The notes beneath the pieces were generated by a model that saw nothing but the letters and a program-made list of their open reading frames with translations, made no database searches and was not told the DNA's origin. A stretch of DNA of 30,246 nt, from positions 1 to 30,246 of the forward strand of contig NW_021836554.1 in the NCBI RefSeq assembly GCF_006345805.1, given 5' to 3'. This document shows, piece after piece, positions 21,620 to 30,246 of this stretch (its first letter is position 1; each line of letters opens with the position of its first letter). Made by a program: the position numbers and the translations under genes. This DNA comes from Octopus sinensis (taxonomy: Eukaryota).

Positions 21620-21815
21620 GAGCAGACAGGAGCTTTACTGCGCCGAGGGAAATGTTTAATGGCATTTCTTCTGACTCGACGTTCTGTGTTCAAATTCCGC
21701 CGCGTCCGAATTTGATTTTTATCCTTTAGGGGTCGATACAAGAAGTACCAGTTGAGCTCTGGAGTTGATGTAATCGACGAAGCCCCATCTCCCGAAATTG
21801 CAGACCTTGGACAAA
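21620..21815 (+). mobile_element. SINE family B, short variant (diverged)
   Basis: GTGTTCAAATTCCGCC; ATCCTTTAGGGGTCGATA; AGTACCAGTTGAGCTCTGG. Confidence 0.7.
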
Positions 21816-21879
21816 CCGTTGCTATCACTGGTACATACCAGCCTCCAACGAGCAGATCCTCATCATACAACCAATACTG

Positions 21880-22070
21880 CCATGAAAACTACTACCACCA
21901 CCACCACAACCACCACCACCAACACCACCACCATCACCACCACTGCTGACCTCCGCTCTCTTGCTCGAGCAGAAAGCGTCCTCAGAAAGAGGTGGAGGGA
22001 ATGAGAGAGTGAGGAAATAAACAAGATGAAGTATAGGGAGTGTTGTGGGGTGGAGAGAGAAAGAGAGAGG

Positions 22071-22108
<38 letters not shown>

Positions 22109-22154
22109 CCAAGGATGAAGAGAGAGGAAGGAAGAAGAGAGACAAGAAAATAGA

Positions 22155-22189
<35 letters not shown>

Positions 22190-22500
22190 GAGAGACGTGA
22201 AATCTGAAATGGCGAGGATGGCATCAGGCATTGACATCAATCAGCAATCACATTAAGAACTGTACCTCCTCATTACACATTAAATATAATAATGGTATTG
22301 GTGCTGGTGGTAAAGAAGATGGCTGCCGTGATAGTTTCCGTTGCTGCCGTTGATGGTGGTGGTGGTGGTGGTGGTGGTGGTAGGAAACACGAAAATAGTT
22401 GAGTTAACGGGTGGCATTGCTGTTATTATTACTGTTGTGGTTGTAGTCGTTCTTGTTAGTACTGGTGGTGGTGGTGGTGGTGGTGATGATGATAGTGAAA
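21880..22500. repeat. (ACC)n, (GA)n and (GGT)n microsatellite blocks
   Basis: Directly visible, with short unique spacers. Confidence 0.85.
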
Positions 22501-22511
22501 ATGTTAATGGC

Positions 22512-22731
22512 TCTGACGACCAGCTGGCAGAATCGTGAAGGACACTGGACACGAAATATTCAGCAACATATTTCGCTCGTTGCTACGTTCACAGTTCAAA
22601 ATCCGCCGAGGTCAGTTATGCTTTTCGTACTTTCGGGGTCGATAAATTAAGTACCAGTGAATCCCTGGGGTCGATATAATCGACTATTACCCTCCACCCA
22701 AATTTGAGGCCTTGTGCCTCCAGTAGAAACG

Positions 22732-22732
<1 letters not shown>
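22512..22732 (+). mobile_element. SINE family B, short variant; (TTA)n tail to 22820
   Basis: AGCTGGCAGAATCG head; CAGTTCAAAATCCGCCGAGG; GGCCTTGTGCCTCCAGTAGAAACGATTATT tail. Confidence 0.85.
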
Positions 22733-22820
<88 letters not shown>

Positions 22821-23264
22821 GAGGCAGCAAACTGGCAAAGATGTGAGCAAGCTAGACGAAATGCTTAGCGGTATTTCACCCGGCAGAATCGTTAGCACGC
22901 CGGACGAAATGCTTAGCGGTATTTCGTCTGCTGTTACGTTCTGAGTTCAAATTCCGCCGAGGTCGACTTTGCCTTTCATTCTTTCGGGGTCGATAAATTG
23001 AGTACCAGTTACGCACTGGGGTCGATATAATCGACTTAATCCGTCTGTCTGTCTTTGTTTGTCCCCTCTGTGTTTAGCCCCTTGTGGGTAGTAAAGAAAT
23101 AGGTACTTCACCCGTCGCTACGTTCTCTGTTCAAATTCCACCAGGGTCGACTTTGCCTTTCTTCCTTTCGGTGTCGATTAAATAAATACCAGTCGCGCAC
23201 TGGGAGGGGGGTCGATGTCATACCCTCCCCCAAAATTGCTTCCGTTGAGGCAAAATTTGAATCC
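22821..23264 (+). mobile_element. Older SINE B short variant interrupted by a nested long variant
   Basis: Host head at 22821-22881 and host remainder at 23102-23264 are more diverged than the insert; (TTA)n tail follows. Confidence 0.85.
22882..23101 (+). mobile_element. SINE B long variant nested in SINE B
   Basis: 12-bp TSD GGTATTTCACCC (22870-81) / GGTACTTCACCC (23102-13); ends GTAGTAAAGAAATA. Confidence 0.88.
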
Positions 23265-23311
23265 ATTATTATTATTATTACTATTATTATTATTACTATT
23301 ATTATTATTAC

Positions 23312-23378
<67 letters not shown>
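23265..23378. repeat. (TTA)n microsatellite (SINE tail)
   Basis: Directly visible. Confidence 0.95.
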
Positions 23379-23380
<2 letters not shown>

Positions 23381-23500
23381 GGATCGTGAATGGTATCAGG
23401 TAACATCATTAGGGTGCTTGACCAAACGTCTTATTCTATCTAGTGAATTCACTTGATGTTCTCGGTTCAAATCCCGCCGAGGTTCTATTTTCCTTTAATC
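23379..23500 (+). mobile_element. Highly degenerate SINE B head
   Basis: B-box and following word GGTTCAAATCCCGCCGAGGT; the rest barely aligns. Confidence 0.5.
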
Positions 23501-23869
23501 ATGGTTTCATCATCATCCGCGCCATTATTACCCCTATTATTACCACCATTATTCTTATCATTTTCTTAACTGTAAAATCGTCAACATTATCGTCAGTCTA
23601 ATCCTCCTCATCATAATCGTCATCGTTATTATCATTGTTATCTTCATAGTCGTCGACGTCAAACACCGTAACCATCGTATTCCTAGCACTGATCGTCATT
23701 ATTAATAGCGTGTTGGTCATACTGGTCATCCTCATATTCCCCACCATCATCACGGTTATTATCATCGCGTCTTCACCACCTAAACTATTATAATCATTAA
23801 CCATAACACCATTCTCTATTAAACGTTATCATCCATCTTCCCTCAGGATCAGCCTCCATACCATCGGCA

Positions 23870-23902
23870 ATAATAATAATAAAATTAATAATGATGATGA
23901 TG

Positions 23903-23975
<73 letters not shown>

Positions 23976-24084
23976 TGATGATGATGGTGATGATCATGAT
24001 GATGATGATGATGATAATAATAATAATAATAAAATGATGATGATGATGATAATAACAATAATAATAATATTAATATTAATAATA
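23870..24084. repeat. (TAA)n/(TGA)n microsatellite
   Basis: Directly visible; 5' flank of the Dong insertion. Confidence 0.95.
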
Positions 24085-25333
24085 GAGGTCGAGCAATCCT
24101 GAAGTCTGAGCTGAATGCATATAATAAGGTGTTAGCCATAAATTCCTTAGCAGTCCCAGTTGTTCTTCATAGTTCCAATGTGATTTACTGGAATACCAGT
24201 GATATAATGAAAATTGGCAGAAAAATCTGCAGTCTACTGACTTGTAATAAGATGCACCATCCAAAGGCAGAGGTGGATCGTCTTTACCTTCCCAGAGCTA
24301 AGGGAGGTCGAGGTTTGATCCAGCTTGAACTTACATATAAAACTACCACAATCGGACTGGCCAAATACCTTGAAGCAACCAACGATTGGATGCTAAAACT
24401 TGTTGAAAAACATAAAAGACCGAAAAAACTTCACTCTATTCTGAAAGAGAGCAATAAATTCGCTACTGACCTCTTAGATTGATCAGGTTGAAGGAAATGC
24501 GCCAACTGCTGCAAAGAAATTAAAATTAATTGCAAAGACAAAAGCACATGAAAAATTAGCTAGCAGACGGGAACAGAAACCTCTGCATGGCAAGTATGTG
24601 GCCTGTAGCAAACAAGCTGATATCGACCAGAAACACACGCACCAATGGTTACGAAGCTCAGGGCTAAAAGCAGAGAGTGAAGGTTTCATATTAACTGCTC
24701 AAGACCAAAGCTTATTAACCCGGAACTACCAAGCCAATGTGATAAAAAATGGAGCTGACCCAAAATGCCGATTCTGTAACGATGAGATTGAAACAATAGA
24801 CCACCTAACCTCAGGGTGTAGAGTCTTAGCACATGTAGAATATAAAGCAAGACATGACAGAGTCGGCCAGTATTTACACTGGACAATATGTCAGCATTAT
24901 AAAATCAAAGCCACTGACAAATGGTATAAACACCATCCTGAAGCTGTGACTGAGGGAGAAAATGTGTCGATTCTATGGGACTTCCCCGTGCAGACCGACA
25001 GAACTATAAAAGCTAATAAAACGGATATTATTATAAAAGATCACACAAAAAGGTTGTGTTTATTAATTGACATGAGTATCCCTTGCGATCACAATATAGC
25101 GGCGAAAGAATTTGACAAGATCAGTAAATATAAAGACTTACTAATAGAAACTGAAAAAAATGTGGCATCTCAAGGCGACTACAGTACCAGTGATTGTAGG
25201 ATCTCTAGGAATGATAAAAAAAGATACTGAAACCTATTTGAAAATGATACCAGGCTTGCCATCCCTTCAGGAAGTGCAAAAAATCGTGTTAACTGGAACG
25301 GCTCATGTACTGAGAAGAGCATTATCGCTGTGA
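24085..25333 (+). pseudogene. Dong/R4 ORF C-terminal part: post-RT region, CCHC knuckle, restriction-like endonuclease
   Basis: NKVLAINSLAVPVV; RLYLPRAKGGRGL; CRFCNDEIETIDHLTSGC; RHDRV; ANKTDIIIKD; LIDMSIP; KYKDL; VPVIVGSLG; GTAHVLRRALSL*. Frameshifts near 24478 and 25165. Confidence 0.93.
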
Positions 25334-25500
25334 AAACAACATCCATTCATAAATTTATTTATTTATTAATTTTTTAAATACATATTTTACCTTTGAATTT
25401 GCGTGTGTAATCTGGGAATGCATACAATGAGCTTCTCTCCCTAGGTGTATGGAAAACACTCGGCGAGAAACGGAACAAAATTTGAAGAAAGAAGGCAAAA
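24085..25500 (+). mobile_element. 5'-truncated Dong/R4-clade non-LTR retrotransposon in (TAA)n
   Basis: Flanked by TAA repeats; 3' UTR ends GAAGAAAGAAGGCAAAA followed by ATAATAAT. Dong elements are known to target (TAA)n. Confidence 0.92.
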
Positions 25501-25576
25501 ATAATAATAGTAGTAGTAGTAGAAGTAGTAGTAGTAGGTAGTAGTAGTAGTAGTAGTATAGTAGTAATGCAGAGTT

Positions 25577-25800
25577 CTTTTGAGCGGGATGAGCTGCTCG
25601 ACCAGAAGAAAACTCTAACTGGGCCCCACCTGCAAGGTCATGCGCTGTTTATCTTGATATGAGATCACCATGTCGCGCACATATAGTTGTTATGCATGTG
25701 CTTGGTGTGCCCTTATCAGACGGGTAGTCATGATAGGTATACTGGGCTTCGTATATTTTACCCCAGTGTCACTTTGATGGCATGCACTGCTCTCTCACTC
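25577..25800 (+). mobile_element. 5'-truncated copy of the ~590-bp (TAA)n retroposon
   Basis: Reverse complement of 13569-~13790; ends CTCTCTCACTC followed by AATAATAATAAT. Confidence 0.85.
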
Positions 25801-25888
25801 AATAATAATAATAACAATAATAATAACAATGTTAATAATAATAATAATGAAAACAAGAATAATGGTGATGATGATGAAGATGATTTCA

Positions 25889-25975
25889 AATTTTGGCACA
25901 AGGCCAGTAATTTCGTGTGACGGAATAAGTCAGTACTTGACTGGTACTTCATTCTATCGAACTCTGACGACAGAG
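25889..25975 (-). mobile_element. SINE B 3' fragment
   Basis: AATTTTGGCACAAGGCCAGTAATTT and ACTGGTACTTCATTCTATCGA are reverse complements of the short-variant tail and body. Confidence 0.6.
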
Positions 25976-26510
25976 TTTTGAGCTTCATAAAGAACCAGAA
26001 CGAATAAGCGAGATAGTTTTCCATCGTCACTACCACCATCATCATCATCAGGATTTCTGCTCATGATAATAATAATAATAATAATGAAATAATTAATGTA
26101 CATCTATGATCGTATATCCCTGATACATGGGTCCCATTTTCAGGATAAATACGTCACGCTCAGCTGTGAACCATGCTACGCTTATCTCGAATTTATTTGG
26201 GATAACTAGCATAGGCGGTCAGTCAAACATCTTTCTTGATCTATAGAAGAGTGACCCAGCCAGCAACCGCAGTGCAACTTACTTTTCTCATATATTATAT
26301 CATTCATTTATCATTGATTCGTTTAAAATTGTGATTTTAAAACCAAACACCCACGAGAATAAATATAATTAAACGAGAGCAGATATAACTGTGATGTATT
26401 CTCTAGAAGGCTTAAGTTAGGAAGAACATCTTACAATTATTGAAGAGGATGTAATTCGGTTTATTTAGAGAAATATTTGTAAAGTGTTAATACTATTAAT
26501 GTGTAATATT

Positions 26511-26771
26511 AAGGCGGCGAGCTGTCAGAAACGTTAACACGCCGGGCGAAATGCGTAGCGGTATTTCGTCTGCCGCTACGTTCTGAGTTCAAATTCCGCC
26601 GAGGTCGACTTTGCCTTTCATCCTTTCGGGGTCGATAAATTAAGTACCAGTTACGCACTGGGGTCGATATAATCAACTTAATCCGTTTGTCTGTCCTTGT
26701 TTGTCCTCTGTGTTTAGCCCGTTGTGGGTAGTAAAGAAATAGGTATTTCGTCTGCCGTTACGTTCTGAGTT
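26511..26771 (+). mobile_element. SINE family B long variant with a 30-bp re-entry of its own internal sequence
   Basis: GGTATTTCGTCTGCCG(C/T)TACGTTCTGAGTT at 26560-26589 and 26742-26771 (period 182). Confidence 0.9.
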
Positions 26772-27198
26772 CTGAGTTATGAAGGCCTTGATGAGAATAA
26801 TAATAATACCTTTAGCTTTTAGAATGATTATCTTCAAAAGTCTAAACGATATGTGACGATTATTAACTAAGAACTAGTTGTTCAGCCAACACCAAGAAGA
26901 AAAAAAAATAGTTTAGCTCCGAAAATAAGAATCGAAACCGTAACGACAATACTACTCAGAAATTCATTACCACAGCATTATATTGAACGCACAGATGTAT
27001 TAGCTGTGAAGATATTCCCCATTAAAATATTCACAAAACCATTGAGACTTTGAGCCAAACGAAATCAACTGAATGAATGAGTAATAATATTTATAGAGCG
27101 GTACAACGGCTTCATATGTGACAGGGTGAATAGCTGTGGTGTATATGGACACGGTAGATTCGATTAGAAGGCGCATCAAAGATTCGGGGGTTTGGTTT

Positions 27199-27252
27199 GG
27201 GCGGGGTGGCTGCAGTTTATTGATATGATTGAATTGGCATAGCAACGGAAAT
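27199..27252. promoter_or_regulatory. Possible regulatory cluster (GC box, RFX X-box-like, ETS-like)
   Basis: GGGCGGGG at 27199-27206; ATTGGCATAGCAAC at 27233-27246 (2 mismatches to GTTGCCATRGCAAC); ACGGAAAT at 27245-27252. Motif match only. Confidence 0.2.
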
Positions 27253-27440
27253 GGAAATCACACTGACTTACAGACATAGTTAACTATAATTCATGAATAT
27301 GTATATATGTGTGTGTGTGTGTGGGGGGGGGTGTCTGTGTGTGTGTGTGTGTCTGTGTGTGGGTATGTGTGTGTATATGTACGAATGTATGAGAGAGAGT
27401 GCAGTGTGTATTTGTGTGTATGTTTGCATGCATTCATTTC

Positions 27441-27488
27441 ATAGATAGACAGGCAGACAGACAGACAGATAGATAGATAGATAGATAG

Positions 27489-27570
<82 letters not shown>

Positions 27571-27583
27571 GACAGAGAGAGAG

Positions 27584-27662
<79 letters not shown>

Positions 27663-27670
27663 TAGATAGA
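27441..27670. repeat. (GATA)n/(GACA)n microsatellite
   Basis: Directly visible. Confidence 0.95.
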
Positions 27671-28079
27671 GACATGGTGAGAGAAATTACTAGCTAGACA
27701 GATAGTCAGACGGTGAATATCACTGGAAAAGACGGGCGGGCAGACATCAGAGCGATAGAAATGAAAGCGAACATATGAATAGTAACTGGTTTTGATTGAT
27801 TCCCGAAGTAGGAATAATCACAGAGTAACCAATTCCACGGTGAAGTTTGAAATTATCAGACGAACTTGACAACCAGACACATAGACTATTACGAACAGTA
27901 CAAAGGTTTGAAACTCATTTCGACGATGCGATGTGTTTCATAAATATATCTGCGAGACAACATTGGAACCGGGAGGTAATTAAAGCATAGCACCTGGACA
28001 ACATTGATAATTGATTACATGACGAAATACATACGTACAGACTTACATGCGTCTGTGTGTGTGTGTGTGTGTATACATA

Positions 28080-28082
28080 CAT

Positions 28083-28122
<40 letters not shown>

Positions 28123-28133
28123 CTATATATAAC

Positions 28134-28219
<86 letters not shown>

Positions 28220-28329
28220 TTATATATTACACACACATATATATATATACATATATACATATACATACAAATATATGTGTATATATATATATACACACAT
28301 ATATATATATACATATATATATATATACC

Positions 28330-28413
<84 letters not shown>
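28080..28413. repeat. (TA)n-rich microsatellite
   Basis: Directly visible. Confidence 0.95.
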
Positions 28414-28414
<1 letters not shown>

Positions 28415-28492
28415 AAATCCGAAGATTAAAAATATTTTACATACAAAATTTAGAGGACTAAGCTGTATGTAAAATTTTTAATCTTCAGATTT
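28415..28492. repeat. Short inverted repeat (29-31-bp arms, 18-bp spacer)
   Basis: AAATCCGAAGATTAAAAATATTTTACATACA / TGTATGTAAAATTTTTAATCTTCAGATTT: one substitution and one 2-nt indel. Confidence 0.9.
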
Positions 28493-29154
28493 AAAAAAAA
28501 ATATGCTAGGCCACTGGTTTTAATTGATTGATATCAATTTCTACCCTTATATATATATGTGTGTGTGCGTGTATGTGTGTGTTTGCATGTATGTATGTTA
28601 GTTTCAAATTCTGGAACCAGGCGAGCATGTTGGGGAGGAGTTAGACAGATGCTAAGGTAGATAAACGTACCTTTCAGACATATTTACATGGAGCACGAAA
28701 TACAGATTATATATATTCTGTATTGTACATAATGTAAAATATTATGTTATGTTCTAACTCGACAGCCAGTTCATGAGGCCAGACTTACGGAAAAACTCTA
28801 TCCATAAGTGATGTATGCATGATGTCATCGATATGGTACCGTGGATAATTCCAAATGAAATTGTCAAAGTAGACAAGAGTAGGTGGGGAGGCAAATGCCG
28901 CTCTAGTCTTCAGAAGGGGAGTTCTAGAGTGTTGTAGAAGGACTCAACTTAGAATTAATGGGCAGATGTAAGCCCAGAGTCTAAGACAACAGAAATTCGA
29001 ACGAGGGTCTGTTGTGTTGTCACGTGTAACACAGGGGATCCCTTGTTCGAACATGCCTTTCTCTCACCTCAAATAAATATGCCTAAGTAAGAGCTAAATG
29101 GATGATGTGTTCACTATTAATCACATCATAGTAGGATACTTGTATAGTATCAAT

Positions 29155-29250
29155 ATCTTTTGTCAAACCGCGATGTTACGGGGATGTAAACACACTAACA
29201 TCCGTTATCAAGTGGCGATGAGGAACAGACGCACACAAAGACACACAAAC
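29155..29250 (-). mobile_element. SINE family C internal fragment
   Basis: GTTACGGGGATGTAAACAC...ACAGAC matches 19986-20050. Confidence 0.65.
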
Positions 29251-29321
29251 ACCACATAAAAAGCAGTAATTAAATTATTAGCACCATTTATGTTATCAGG
29301 AAGAAAATTATAATATAATTA

Positions 29322-29360
<39 letters not shown>

Positions 29361-29361
<1 letters not shown>

Positions 29362-30246
29362 GAGGGACGTTCAATAAGTAATGCCTCTGACCCACTTGCA
29401 GTTGTTGGATGTAGCTGAAATTGCATGTGCAATCATTTATATCCCTATAGAGTAAGTGGCAAATTACAGCTCTGAATTAATTGTGCTTTCTGATTTACAG
29501 GTGTTTGAACCGAGTCAGGTGTGAAATGGAGCCTGTTGAGTGCCGAGCAGGCAGTGATCCGGTTTTTGTATTTGAAAGGACGCACACCACGGGAGACTTT
29601 TGATGAAATGAAAGTAACTTATGGTGATGATGCCCCATCATATGATCTTGTAAAACGCTGGCATCGTGAATTCAAACATGGTCGGAACTCTGTGGAAACA
29701 GCTCCCAGATCTGGCGCCCCCTTCTGCCATTGATGAGGCATCTGTCCGTCAAGTTGAGGCTGTGCCATTTTGGAAGATCGACGCATAATTATTCGCCAAA
29801 TAGCCCATGAGGTCAAGATTAGTACCGGGTCTGGGGAAACTATCATTCATGACCATTTGCATATGCAAAAGGTGTCTGCCAGATGGATTCCCAGGTTGCT
29901 CACGCCTTTCCAGAAGCAAGAACGCGTCGAGTGCTCGAGGGTGAATTTGGAGATGTGCCAATAAGATGAGTCAAAATTTTTCAAAAGACTGATTACACAG
30001 GATGAAACCTGGGTCCATCATGATGATCAAGAGACCAAAGCCCAGTCAATGCAGTGGAAGCACCGTGACTCACCCCCTCCAAAGAAGGCAAGGGTGCAGC
30101 CCTCTACTGGCAAGGTCATGCTCACAGTCTTCTGGGACCAGGACGGAGTAGTGATGACAGATTTCCTGGCAAAGGGTACCACAATTGCAGGGCCTATTAT
30201 GCTTCACTTTTGAGGAAATTAAGAGAAGTTATCAAATCAAGAGGCG
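29361..30246 (+). mobile_element. Mariner (irritans/Hsmar2-like), 5' part, cut by the window end
   Basis: TA|CGAGGGACGTTCAATAAGTAATGC left end inside (TA)n, followed by a transposase pseudogene. Confidence 0.92.
29526..30246 (+). pseudogene. Mariner transposase pseudogene (partial)
   Basis: MEPVECR..AVIRFLYLKG...VKRWHREFKHG...PRSG; KVSARWIPRLLT; RLITQDETWVHH; KVMLTVFWD. Several frameshifts and a TAA stop at 29962. Confidence 0.93.

Noticed and set aside
758-26771. tRNA genes (A/B boxes) or a CRISPR-like array from recurring SINE motifs
   Set aside because: The boxes belong to SINE heads lacking full cloverleafs. The repeats are dispersed retroposons without regular spacers in a eukaryotic context.
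262-28415. Dozens of long ORFs such as poly-S/F/L, YIYI, MYVC, HTYI and poly-I/N
   Set aside because: They are translations of microsatellites that lack stop codons, with no domain content.
28830-28965. Short open frame ending RTQLRINGQM, faintly like a LINE RT segment
   Set aside because: Too little similarity to call without a profile search.

Overview
This is AT-rich, microsatellite-saturated eukaryotic non-coding DNA (intronic or intergenic). The repeat families resemble those I recall from octopus (coleoid cephalopod) genomes; that taxon call is an inference. I found no host gene, RNA gene or CRISPR array, and almost every ORF in the supplied track is a translated microsatellite. All recognisable coding remnants come from transposons: a Penelope-like GIY-YIG fragment (1.7-2.0 kb), two mariners of different subfamilies (10363-11287, internally deleted with TIRs intact; 29361 to window end), a Dong/R4 LINE 3' portion in (TAA)n (24085-25500), and two fragments of a second R4/Dong-like family in (CATA)n arrays (5112-5521, 9400-9725). 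About 18 copies or fragments of four tRNA-headed SINE families (my labels A-D) are present. There is also a Lep1/DINE-1-like non-autonomous Helentron, a bipartite RTE-derived element (5' UTR fused to the 3' terminus) and a ~590-bp non-coding (TAA)n-inserted retroposon. The most interesting signal is an apparent set of sequence-targeted retroelements: (TAA)n-targeted, (CATA)n-targeted, and a SINE variant whose three copies all end at a GGTA(T/C) site and nest into their own family.
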